Below are positions 27,497 to 35,750 of a stretch of 44,399 bases of DNA, in pieces. A program made the position numbers and the translations under genes. Origin of the DNA: a virus; the IMG/VR virus record IMGVR_UViG_3300039366_000017, one strand, 5' to 3'. The notes beneath the pieces were generated by a model. It worked only from the letters and a program-made list of their open reading frames with translations, was not told where the DNA came from and ran no database searches. Every line of letters starts with the position of its first letter. Position 1 is the stretch's first letter.

Positions 27497-27725
27497 CTAT
27501 ATGGTTTTGTTCATTGAACTTATTTTCAAGGAAGTCAAGTACATCCTGTACACCACCACAGTAATCAATGGTAGGCTTATAGCGGATCATCTTGCGTACA
27601 TCAAAGATCTTCTGAAGTCCCTCCAACAAGTCTTTCGGGACAGCCGGAAAGTTGTCGAAGAGGGGTTCATCAGGATCACTTTTAGTGGTATCTTTGATAT
27701 CAATTTTCATAGATTCGTCTTTCAC
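27489..27725 (-). CDS. Hypothetical protein (78 aa)
   Basis: Minus-strand ORF in the array with no motif. Confidence 0.55.
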   Translation of the reverse strand: MKDESMKIDIKDTTKSDPDEPLFDNFPAVPKDLLEGLQKIFDVRKMIRYKPTIDYCGGVQDVLDFLENKFNEQNHIGD

Positions 27726-27730
27726 GATTA

Positions 27731-27759
27731 TCTATCTCCTAGTGGGGTGAATTTATTAT
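27731..27759 (-). promoter_or_regulatory. Possible divergent phage-RNAP promoter
   Basis: The sense strand ATAATAAATTCACCCCACTAGGAGATAGA shares the CCACTA..GAGA core with the 4 strong copies but differs at many positions. Confidence 0.25.
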
Positions 27760-28538
27760 CAACTATCTGTCGTCTTAATAGGGACGATTTTATCAGGTGT
27801 CCAAAGGGTATCTTTAGTGTCCCCTTGTCGAAGAATATAGGCCATTCTAGCTTGCAGCAAAGCATCATCTTCAGTAAGGCCAGCTTTCTTATAAGTGTTG
27901 ACTACAGTCTCCCATAGTTTCTCTTTAGGTACACCTTTAAGAATCCTCTCTGCTCTTACTGCTCCAATACCGGGGCAACCTTTATAGCCATCAGCGGTGT
28001 CTCCTACTAGTGTCTGAAACATATGCCAATAGTTAGCTTTATCTTCATCAAGCCAATAGATTTGATCTTCATTAACCCTATAGAAATGAGTAGGTAATGT
28101 TTTGAAGTCTTTATCCATTGAGACAATTAAAGTGGTATTAGGAGTACTATTAATACCAATTACATCATCAGCCTCTAGTGATTCAATGGATTTAGATTCA
28201 TAGTTATTCTTAATCCATTCAACCAAAGCATTATAACAAGTAGGCTTTCTTTTATCTTGTCTATTGCTTTTATAGTCAGGCATTAGATGCTTTCTAAAGT
28301 TGTCATTAGGATCACTAAAGACAAACACATTATCATTTAATGATACATTATGGTTAGTCTTTAGTGCACCTTTAATACCGCCCATTATCTCTTCAAATTG
28401 ATCTATTGCATCATCCAAATAAGCATGACAAGTGTATAGACCATCTCCCCAATAGATATCCTTTTGGACAGCTGAAGAGGCTTTATAGGCCAATAGATCT
28501 CCGTCTATCAGCCCAATGTATTCTTTAGTAGCGCTCAT
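27759..28538 (-). CDS. 5'-3' exonuclease (T7 gp6-like, FEN family; 259 aa from the ATG at 28538)
   Basis: GLIDGDLLAYK, LEADDVIG and VGDTADGYKGCPGIG motifs. The listed N-terminal extension overlaps the upstream gene. Confidence 0.85.
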   Translation of the reverse strand: MSATKEYIGLIDGDLLAYKASSAVQKDIYWGDGLYTCHAYLDDAIDQFEEIMGGIKGALKTNHNVSLNDNVFVFSDPNDNFRKHLMPDYKSNRQDKRKPTCYNALVEWIKNNYESKSIESLEADDVIGINSTPNTTLIVSMDKDFKTLPTHFYRVNEDQIYWLDEDKANYWHMFQTLVGDTADGYKGCPGIGAVRAERILKGVPKEKLWETVVNTYKKAGLTEDDALLQARMAYILRQGDTKDTLWTPDKIVPIKTTDS

Positions 28539-28809
28539 AGGATGATGCAAGCTCAGCGCCAGAACGAGTAAGCAGCCACCGATTGCCTGCCTGTCGAATG
28601 TACTTATTGATTGACGTAATGTGACCTCGGGAGGCCATCTCAGCAATCATTCGTGCATTGTATCGACAATAGTCTGACTGAAGTTTAGGATGGACTTCAC
28701 CAATGTAAGCAAGAGCGCTGCAGTAGTTACTCATCTCAGCGTTACGCTTGTGAACAATAACCTCCCCAGTACTCTTCTCTGCTGTATAGAAATACTTAGG
28801 CATCTTCAT
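28525..28809 (-). CDS. Hypothetical protein (94 aa)
   Basis: Minus-strand ORF between DNAP and exonuclease. Confidence 0.55.
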   Translation of the reverse strand: MKMPKYFYTAEKSTGEVIVHKRNAEMSNYCSALAYIGEVHPKLQSDYCRYNARMIAEMASRGHITSINKYIRQAGNRWLLTRSGAELASSYERY

Positions 28810-29125
28810 AACTACCCTCCTCCTCTGTAGTGGTATCTGAAGTCACACTGTAACCGAGCTTCATAAGGAGGTCATGAATGATCTCTTCAGGAGCCCAATC
28901 CTTCCAAGTTTCAGGTTCCGGCTCATAGTTAAGCACAGTCTCACCATTAAGAGTGACTACAGCACCATAAGCAGGGACATTGCCATACTCATCATGCTTA
29001 ACCTTCCACTTCCACATAATATGGATGTGCTTAACGTCATTCTTAGGAGCCTTATAGTCACGCAGCAGTGCTGCCTTAGTTTCTTTAGTCATACCAGTGT
29101 TTTCCATAGTAGTAATTAATGACAA
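28796..29125 (-). CDS. Hypothetical protein (109 aa)
   Basis: Minus-strand ORF directly downstream of DNAP. Confidence 0.55.
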   Translation of the reverse strand: MSLITTMENTGMTKETKAALLRDYKAPKNDVKHIHIMWKWKVKHDEYGNVPAYGAVVTLNGETVLNYEPEPETWKDWAPEEIIHDLLMKLGYSVTSDTTTEEEGSYEDA

Positions 29126-31023
29126 GCTGCCCAGTTACAGCCAATCTTTCCTTCAGTATCAAGTTGGCATTTAAAATTAAAGAATGCCTGAGTTTGTCTC
29201 ATGGATTCCTGAGCAATCCTACAGCAATCTTCAGCGATTTCCTTAGTGCGACAAGCTATCTGACACTCATCATGAATCCATGCCACCATAGCAAAGTCAC
29301 CATCCCAGCCGTGCTTATAGCCAGCCTTACGCATATTCTCTTCTACAAGACACACCCATTTCTTACAAACGAGAGCACCTGCAGATTGCAATAGAGTATT
29401 CAAAGCTGAGTGTTCAGAGCGTACATAGATAACGCGTCTGTCCAAACCCAAGACACAATGGGTGATCTCAAGCTGAGGACTATCAGGATGATACCGCTTA
29501 CGCCACTTCACTTTATGAGTACCCCCTACCCACTCTGAAGAGGAGACAAGACTATGAGAGATATCCTCTACTAGATCTTTATAAGCAGGAATAGCCTTAA
29601 AGAACTTCTCTTTAAGTGCCTTACCTGCCCTAGCGTCTCCCCCGATAACCTCACCAAGCTTAGCGTCTCCTCCTCCGTACATCATGCAGTAGATCATAGT
29701 TTTCGCTTGGTCACGTGTAGCAAGCCCTGCCATCTTTTGGTTATGCGTATGGATATCCCCTGAGAGGATTTCATTTACATATGCACCATTATCATATGGG
29801 GATAGGAAATGCCCAAGGCAACGCAGCTCAAGACCAGAAGCATCAATACCAGCCTCATACCATCCTTGTGGAACAGTAAATAATTCTCTGCATAATTTCC
29901 CATACGGAGATCTGTTCGCGGGAACTTGAGCAACATTAGGATAGCTATGAGTTGCACGGCCAGTGACAGCCCCATTAGGGTTAACGGAACCATGAATACG
30001 CCATAGGTGATCATTAGGATCCTCCTTCATCAGCTTTAGCCACGCATTACTACCCTCAGCAAGCTGACCAATACGTTTGTTTAACATGAGAAGCTCTAGG
30101 ATCTTGCTAGTCATAGGGATATCTTTAGCAGTCTTTAGAGTTTCTTCATCAACCTTAGGCAACCCTGTATCAGTCACCTCCTGAGGCTCCCACCCTTGCT
30201 CAATGAGAACCTTAGCAATCTGTTGTCGACTATTGGGATTAAAGGTTTCATAAACAGGATATTGTACTCCTGCTTTAATACCTTTCTTAGCGTTGTCTCT
30301 CTTGTAGGTCTTATAGCCAGTCAATAGAGGAGGGACACTCTCTTGCAGCTCTTTAGTCAACTCATCTCTGCGCCCTGCAAGCTCACTATAGAGAACTACA
30401 GCTTTATCTCTATTAAAGACAAAACCATTACGCTCCTGCTTAGCCATCACCCATGCGATATCATGCTCAAGCTGTACGGCCTCCCAAGGGTAACCTTTGC
30501 CTAAGAGTTTATCAAAAAGCATCTTAGTAACAACTACGTCCTGATAGTTGTACTGATACATCTCTTCTGAGAAGCTGTCCCAAGCCTCCTCCTGTTCCCC
30601 ATAGGTGCCCTTTAGTTCACGCATACGATAGCCATAGGCTTTCAATGAATGGGAACCAAAGAGATCCTTAGGAAGCCTCCCAGAACGAATTAAGCCCATA
30701 TCGAGATCTTTAATGTTGCTCCAAACTAGACGAGCAAAGACAAGTGTATCGATAACACAATCCCTAGGATCAAATACAAAGTCTTTACCTGATAGTCGCT
30801 TAAGACAAGGGACATCGTACTTGATACCATTGTGAAATACCAAGTTATAACCGCTAGTACCATATACATTAAGAGCATCAATGTATTCATCGAGATCCTT
30901 ATACCCTTTGTACTCCTGAGAGGCACTATCGTAGATCCATGCGCACCAGAATTTAGTTACGGTATCCAATAGTCCATTGGTTTCGATATCAGTAATGATA
31001 TGTTTGTCGTATAGTTGAAGCAT
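29116..31023 (-). CDS. DNA polymerase (family A, T7 gp5-like, 635 aa)
   Basis: Exo motif DIETNGL; DASGLELR (motif A); RDQAKTMIYCMMYGGG (motif B); WIHDECQ (motif C). Confidence 0.95.
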   Translation of the reverse strand: MLQLYDKHIITDIETNGLLDTVTKFWCAWIYDSASQEYKGYKDLDEYIDALNVYGTSGYNLVFHNGIKYDVPCLKRLSGKDFVFDPRDCVIDTLVFARLVWSNIKDLDMGLIRSGRLPKDLFGSHSLKAYGYRMRELKGTYGEQEEAWDSFSEEMYQYNYQDVVVTKMLFDKLLGKGYPWEAVQLEHDIAWVMAKQERNGFVFNRDKAVVLYSELAGRRDELTKELQESVPPLLTGYKTYKRDNAKKGIKAGVQYPVYETFNPNSRQQIAKVLIEQGWEPQEVTDTGLPKVDEETLKTAKDIPMTSKILELLMLNKRIGQLAEGSNAWLKLMKEDPNDHLWRIHGSVNPNGAVTGRATHSYPNVAQVPANRSPYGKLCRELFTVPQGWYEAGIDASGLELRCLGHFLSPYDNGAYVNEILSGDIHTHNQKMAGLATRDQAKTMIYCMMYGGGDAKLGEVIGGDARAGKALKEKFFKAIPAYKDLVEDISHSLVSSSEWVGGTHKVKWRKRYHPDSPQLEITHCVLGLDRRVIYVRSEHSALNTLLQSAGALVCKKWVCLVEENMRKAGYKHGWDGDFAMVAWIHDECQIACRTKEIAEDCCRIAQESMRQTQAFFNFKCQLDTEGKIGCNWAACH

Positions 31024-31072
31024 TTTCTATATCCTTCTATAGCTTTGCCAAGATTGTTGTATCAAGAAACTA

Positions 31073-32698
31073 CTAGAATGGGCAGTCACCTAAGCCATCC
31101 TCAAATGGGCAATCGTAGTCCTTTAGTCGGCCTGTTTCGGGATCATAATAGAGATAACCACCTATACCAGTCAAACCACTGAAACGATTCTTAAGTACTC
31201 TAATGGCCATGACATTAGGATTATCTCCCTGTTGATTCCTCTCCAGGCCAATCACCATATCTGCAAGCTGAGCGATAGCACCGGAACCCCTAAGTTGACT
31301 TAAAGACACCTGAGCTCCTTCTTCGTGACCTTTCTTATCGGGGCGCTTAAGGTGACTAACAACATACATAGTACACCCTGTTTCTTCAACAAGGGATCTA
31401 AGGTTTGTCATTAGTTTGTCAATAGCTTTACGCTCCCCGCCATCGTCACTATTGTCCATACCAGAGACAACAATAGAGATATGGTCTAGGAAGATTCTCT
31501 TGCATCCTAAAGCTACGATCATGTATCTAAGCTTACTAAGCAGATTCCCAGAATCAAGTGATCCAAAGTGATCATAGAGGAAGAACTTTCCGTTGCCAAT
31601 CGTGACATCAAAAGCACTCTTGAGTTCTTCTTTAGAAACACTATCGGGATCCACGCTGATAATGAGACGTCTATTAAGAAATATGGACATAAGTTCAAGT
31701 CCCGTCTTTGCCGTAGATTCCTCAAGAGCAACCACGCCACAAGTCTCGCCTTTAGAGACACCAAAGAAATATTCAAGCTCTCTGAGTAAAGTGGATTTTC
31801 CCATACCTGATCCTGAGGTAATGACATAAAGCTCACCGTGTCTAGCACCGTTTGTCTTGCTTTGGAGAGCTTGAAAAGGATAGGCCACACTGTCTTTAAG
31901 ACTATCAAGACCTTCCACACACTTCTCATAGAGATCTTGACCTGAAACAATTCCATCAGGTCTGTAAGGCTTAGCGTTCCATATGGCCGATACAAGGTCA
32001 CCTGATCTCCCAGCCTTAAGACACTCATTAGGATCCTTAAGAGGTAGATTAGCAATGTACGCTTTACCCACTGGGAGAATCTTTGCACAATCTTCACATG
32101 CTTTACGTCCCGGATCATCCATATCAAACATTAGGATGATCTCTTCAAAGTTATTTAGATACTCTAGGTTAGCTTCAATGGCTTTCCTAGCAGCCTGAGC
32201 ACCATTAGGGATAGACACTACAGGCCACTTATTGCCTTGCATTTGAGACACACTAAGGGCATCTATCTCACCCTCAGTGATTACTAGTTTCTTACCACTA
32301 GACCACAACTGAGAACCATAGAGGCACCCAGAGATCTTCCCTAGTACAGCAAAAGACTTATCAGGGAATCTAAGCTTTTGTCCTACAAGAGAACCCTTGT
32401 CATCATAGTAGCAAGCCACTTGACAAGGGTTACCCTTATACTCCCCCACGAAATACTTTAGCTTAGTACAAGTATCTTTAGTGATACCCCTAGCAGGCAA
32501 AGCAGAGATCTGTAGTTCCTCTAAAGGAATCATATTGGATGCTGACATCTTTACCCCCTTGGGTTTGTCCAAAGATCCATCAGGTCTAAAATAAGTGGTA
32601 CAGCTATAGCAATACTTATGACCGTCACTAAAAACAGCAAGAGCATCACTAGAGCCGCAATTAGGACAAGGCTCATGGTGCAGAAAGGTCGATTCCAT
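31073..32698 (-). CDS. Primase-helicase (T7 gp4-like, 541 aa)
   Basis: Zn ribbon CPNCGSSD..CYSC, TOPRIM EGEIDALS / FDMDDPG, Walker A GSGMGKST, Walker B IFLDHIS. Confidence 0.95.
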   Translation of the reverse strand: MESTFLHHEPCPNCGSSDALAVFSDGHKYCYSCTTYFRPDGSLDKPKGVKMSASNMIPLEELQISALPARGITKDTCTKLKYFVGEYKGNPCQVACYYDDKGSLVGQKLRFPDKSFAVLGKISGCLYGSQLWSSGKKLVITEGEIDALSVSQMQGNKWPVVSIPNGAQAARKAIEANLEYLNNFEEIILMFDMDDPGRKACEDCAKILPVGKAYIANLPLKDPNECLKAGRSGDLVSAIWNAKPYRPDGIVSGQDLYEKCVEGLDSLKDSVAYPFQALQSKTNGARHGELYVITSGSGMGKSTLLRELEYFFGVSKGETCGVVALEESTAKTGLELMSIFLNRRLIISVDPDSVSKEELKSAFDVTIGNGKFFLYDHFGSLDSGNLLSKLRYMIVALGCKRIFLDHISIVVSGMDNSDDGGERKAIDKLMTNLRSLVEETGCTMYVVSHLKRPDKKGHEEGAQVSLSQLRGSGAIAQLADMVIGLERNQQGDNPNVMAIRVLKNRFSGLTGIGGYLYYDPETGRLKDYDCPFEDGLGDCPF

Positions 32699-34310
32699 GA
32701 TCTAGCATATAACGTGCACTTTGGAAATCACGAAGGTTATATTGAAAGCCTGTATCAAAGCTGTATCGGCACTGATGTTCAAAAGGTGTCATATGCCCAC
32801 TATCAATAAGCCGCTTAGCAAGAGTAAGGTCCTTTAGGATATCCGGCTTAGACCCATCGTGATTAAGGTAAGACACTCGGGCACAACGTGCAGCAGAGAT
32901 AAGTGTGAGAATCCGCAGATCATCGATAGCATCCATCTCATCAAAGTTCACATACGGAAGCGTACGCCCCCCGTGAGCATTGATATAAATGTAGGTGTTG
33001 CTAACGGCATTCATAGCCATCTTAATAGCCTTAGCAAGGTGCTGGATCTCTGGATCAGCATCAGGAGACAACCGGAGATCAAAGAAATTGCTCCACTCAG
33101 TAGCAGTGACAATAACTTTAATCTTAGTGAAGGGCTCAAGGATGCGATTGATGTGCTGCTTATGAAACCCATTGTCAATCATCTTATGAGCAACCTCGAT
33201 TGCCTTAAATGCAGCATCTTGCCACTCTTCACAAAAGATATCATAGTCCTCTTCATTGACAATATCTTTGCCTTGCATGCCCTTGCAATTCTTATAGACA
33301 TCCGAAGGCACCCAAGGATCATTCAAGATATTCTGAATAGTTCGCTCTACAGGTACCGCACGCGAGCTAGAGGCATTACGACTGAAACAGTTATGCACTG
33401 TAATCCCGTTTGCTAGGAAGTTATGGTATTCAGATGAAACCGAAATATCAAATACCTCTTCTTCACCAACATACTCAATGGAATCTACCTCTACTGCCAT
33501 AACATTACATTGGCTAACACCTTGCCAACCCTGCTTACTATGCCTGAGCTTATGACAATCCTGACAAAGTGCAACCACATTATTAATGTCAAAAGCAAGA
33601 TCAGGGTTTTCATACCTCGGAATCACGTGATGAATTTCTAAAGGCTTGTTCTCAGCACCACAATCAGCACATCGAAACCCCTGCCTTTCAGACACTTCAG
33701 GCTTAACCTTTTTATTCCAACAAGAAACCCATTCTCCATTAATCTTCTTGTAAGGATCAAAACGAAGTTCTGTATACTTCTTACGAGTATTGCAGTACAC
33801 CTTATCTCTACCTACAGCAATGTCCTGCAACTCCTTCCAACCACTATCAGTAAGAATTAGATGGTCTGCAGTGCAAGTTACGGAGAAATCTCCTGCTGTA
33901 ATCTTATACACAGGCTTAACCCCAACCTTCCAACAATCAGTAATGGTCGTGTGAGTAACTTCCATCGTAGACTCATCCACAGAACGAAGACGCATCTTGT
34001 TCAAACGACCTTTCATGTCATATCGCCGTACTCCGCCCCATCGAGTAGCATGAGGGGAACTACCGTTTTCCCACTTATCCCAAAAATCTCCCAGTGTAAT
34101 TTGATAGGATCTGTGTTTGCTACCCCTGCTTCCACTAGGGAGATCGAAAGTCAGCACTGTATCTGCAGTGAGGCACCTGTGTGTCATGAATTCACTATGG
34201 ATGAAACGAGGATACTCCAATTCAAACGTATAGAGGTTATCCCAGCGTGCACGAATGATAGCTTTAGAGTTACCTACGCAATAGACCTTAGAGATAGGAT
34301 CATCACTCAT
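32673..34310 (-). CDS. thyX: ThyX-like FAD-dependent thymidylate synthase precursor containing an in-frame intein
   Basis: FMTHR-[intein]-CFSRNASSSRAVP reconstitutes a ThyX RHRxxSxxxxSxR-type motif. Also has ..INRILEPF..TATEWSNFFDLR..EIQHLA. The start is set at MSDDPISK (GAGGAGG upstream); the listed M-rich extension is discounted. Confidence 0.75.
   Translation of the reverse strand: MSDDPISKVYCVGNSKAIIRARWDNLYTFELEYPRFIHSEFMTHRCLTADTVLTFDLPSGSRGSKHRSYQITLGDFWDKWENGSSPHATRWGGVRRYDMKGRLNKMRLRSVDESTMEVTHTTITDCWKVGVKPVYKITAGDFSVTCTADHLILTDSGWKELQDIAVGRDKVYCNTRKKYTELRFDPYKKINGEWVSCWNKKVKPEVSERQGFRCADCGAENKPLEIHHVIPRYENPDLAFDINNVVALCQDCHKLRHSKQGWQGVSQCNVMAVEVDSIEYVGEEEVFDISVSSEYHNFLANGITVHNCFSRNASSSRAVPVERTIQNILNDPWVPSDVYKNCKGMQGKDIVNEEDYDIFCEEWQDAAFKAIEVAHKMIDNGFHKQHINRILEPFTKIKVIVTATEWSNFFDLRLSPDADPEIQHLAKAIKMAMNAVSNTYIYINAHGGRTLPYVNFDEMDAIDDLRILTLISAARCARVSYLNHDGSKPDILKDLTLAKRLIDSGHMTPFEHQCRYSFDTGFQYNLRDFQSARYMLDHGIDLSAP
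33390..34175 (-). mobile_element. HNH-type intein (262 aa) within ThyX
   Basis: Starts CLTADTVL (block A) and has TADH (block B TxxH). Central CADCG...HHVIPRYENPDLAFDINNVVALCQDCHKLRH is an HNH motif. Ends VFDISV..NGITVHN followed by the +1 Cys. Confidence 0.8.
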
Positions 34311-34473
34311 CTTCATCATCCTCCTCATCAATCTCATCATCAGCATCATCTTCAGAATCTAGGAAGGCTTCATATTCATACTCCCACTTCTCTTTCTGAT
34401 TGTTGTGAAGCTCATCACGATATGAATCTCCATCAGGATAATGCCAATCTGATTTACGTTCAATAGGTTCCAT
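34303..34473 (-). CDS. Small highly acidic protein (56 aa; below the ORF-track cutoff)
   Basis: Hand translation gives MEPIERKSDWHYPDGDSYRDELHNNQKEKWEYEYEAFLDSEDDADDEIDEEDDEDE. The stop overlaps the thyX start. Confidence 0.45.
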   Translation of the reverse strand: MEPIERKSDWHYPDGDSYRDELHNNQKEKWEYEYEAFLDSEDDADDEIDEEDDEDE

Positions 34474-34510
34474 AATTATGGTTTCCTTAGTGTTTACTAT
34501 GGTATAGCTT

Positions 34511-34595
34511 TGGTAGGCCGAGGGGGATTCGAACCCCCATGCTCTAAGCGGCGCATTTTAAGTGCGCTGAGTCTCACCAATTTCTCCATCAGCCC
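34511..34595 (-). tRNA. tRNA-Leu (anticodon UAA), class II, CCA encoded
   Basis: The reverse complement folds as GGGCTGA-TG-GAG/AAATTGGTGAGA/CTC-A-GCGCA/CTTAAAA/TGCGC-variable arm-GGGGG/TTCGAAT/CCCCC-TCGGCCT-A-CCA. The acceptor stem has 2 G-U pairs. Confidence 0.8.
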
Positions 34596-34602
34596 AAATG
34601 TT

Positions 34603-34687
34603 TGGAGCGTCCATGAGGAATCGAACCTCTCACCTCCTTCCAACTTTTTAGGTACAGCTTTAGAAGAACTGTGTTGGGAATGGACGC
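34603..34687 (-). tRNA. tRNA-like gene with an Arg(UCU)-type anticodon stem-loop but no canonical D arm (85 nt, CCA encoded)
   Basis: Perfect 7-bp acceptor stem GCGTCCA/TGGACGC, T loop GGTTCGATTCC, and anticodon arm CAGTT-CTTCTAA-AGCTG. Only 9 nt separate the acceptor stem and anticodon stem, and 24 nt precede the T arm. Confidence 0.5.
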
Positions 34688-34691
34688 AGAA

Positions 34692-35123
34692 TTAGTTAAT
34701 TCTTTTTAGAGTATTCAGTTTGATAAAAGCCTCTAGTCTCGTGTTGAGGTCTCTGAGTAATTCAACACCTTCTCTATGAAGTCCTGCACTCTCTGAGAGT
34801 AACTGTCTACACGCTTCGACTGACTTTGCATTAGCTCCTGAGGCATCCCTGAGAAGCTTTCTATCGGTGCTACTGAGGTTGTACTGCACCCGATCAACAT
34901 GTTTAGTAAGGGCAACCAAGTCAGCAGCATCAGAAGCTTTACTTTTAATGATAAGGCTAATTGTTTCATCTTTCCTAGCTGTTAGCTCCTTTAGTTTGAC
35001 TTCATTCTGAGCTTGAATAGCTACAAGCTCTTCAGTGTGCTTATTGCTTTCATATTTCCTGCCACCAATGACACCTGTAATGAAAGCTAAGACTACTGCT
35101 AGTATGGCTACCTTCTCCCACAT
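34692..35123 (-). CDS. i-spanin (Rz-like) candidate (143 aa)
   Basis: N-terminal TMD (VAILAVVLAFITGVIGG) followed by coiled-coil-like sequence. It contains an embedded lipoprotein ORF. Confidence 0.65.
   Translation of the reverse strand: MWEKVAILAVVLAFITGVIGGRKYESNKHTEELVAIQAQNEVKLKELTARKDETISLIIKSKASDAADLVALTKHVDRVQYNLSSTDRKLLRDASGANAKSVEACRQLLSESAGLHREGVELLRDLNTRLEAFIKLNTLKRIN
34733..34969 (-). CDS. o-spanin (Rz1-like) candidate embedded out of frame in the i-spanin gene
   Basis: Signal peptide ending in the lipobox-like LIGC (..LLTWLPLLNMLIGCSTT). Lies entirely within 34692..35123 in another frame. Confidence 0.55.
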   Translation of the reverse strand: MKQLALSLKVKLLMLLTWLPLLNMLIGCSTTSVAPIESFSGMPQELMQSQSKRVDSYSQRVQDFIEKVLNYSETSTRD

Positions 35124-35133
35124 AGTTTATTCT

Positions 35134-35157
35134 TCTCTCTAGTAGTGGAGATTTTAT
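35134..35157 (-). promoter_or_regulatory. Phage RNAP promoter (sense ATAAAATCTCCACTACTAGAGAGA)
   Basis: One of 4 near-identical 24-mers, all in the minus-sense orientation in intergenic or gene-end positions. Confidence 0.7.
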
Positions 35158-35750
35158 GCGATACGAACTAAGTCACCTTTAGTGAACTCAAGTGTCCCAT
35201 TGGCTTCCTTAAGATCAGCTTGAGACAACTTGCATCTATCAAGAGAACTTGCATCTTCATAGATAACGTAGACAGCACCACGGCCGTACCACGACTGAAC
35301 ATCAAAGCAAGGGCAGTCTTTAGCTACCCCGGGGAAATCTCTATGCCCTAAGACCTTAGCTTTAGGATACTTACTCTTAAGCCAGTCTAAAAGTTTCTTA
35401 AGAGATTCCTTTTGCTTCTCTGTAAAGTTGTCTACAGACTTACCGTTACGATCAGTCCCCCCAATAAGGCAAATGCCAACACTGTCATCATTATAACCCA
35501 GAACGTGACTGCCAATAGCTTCAAGGGGTCTGCCATTTTGAATAGTTCCATCCGTAAGAATGACAAAGTGATAGCCTATACCAAGCCATCCCCTTTGACG
35601 ATGCATTTGATCAATAGTTTTCCAAGTGTACTCAGGCTTATTTTGAGTAGCGCTGCAGTGAACCACAAGATAATCCGTAGAACTGCGAGACTTGAACTTA
35701 ACAAAGTTTCTATGGTAGTCAATCAGTGGTTCCTTAAAGGTAGTAGTCAT
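35154..35750 (-). CDS. N-acetylmuramoyl-L-alanine amidase (T7 gp3.5 lysozyme-like)
   Basis: LVVHCSAT, GWLGIGYHFVILTDGT, GSHVLGYNDDSVGICLIGG and HRDF..AKDCPCFDV parallel T7 lysozyme. Confidence 0.9.
   Translation of the reverse strand: MTTTFKEPLIDYHRNFVKFKSRSSTDYLVVHCSATQNKPEYTWKTIDQMHRQRGWLGIGYHFVILTDGTIQNGRPLEAIGSHVLGYNDDSVGICLIGGTDRNGKSVDNFTEKQKESLKKLLDWLKSKYPKAKVLGHRDFPGVAKDCPCFDVQSWYGRGAVYVIYEDASSLDRCKLSQADLKEANGTLEFTKGDLVRIA

Noticed and set aside
34311-34349. N-terminal extension MMLMMRLMRRMMK of the ThyX ORF. Similar listed extensions occur at 7417..7500, 28539..28646, 36676..36717 and 19006..19071.
   Set aside because: The extensions overlap upstream genes or intergenic hairpins and lack SD sequences. 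Internal ATGs with AGGA/GGAG spacing give products that start where homology begins.
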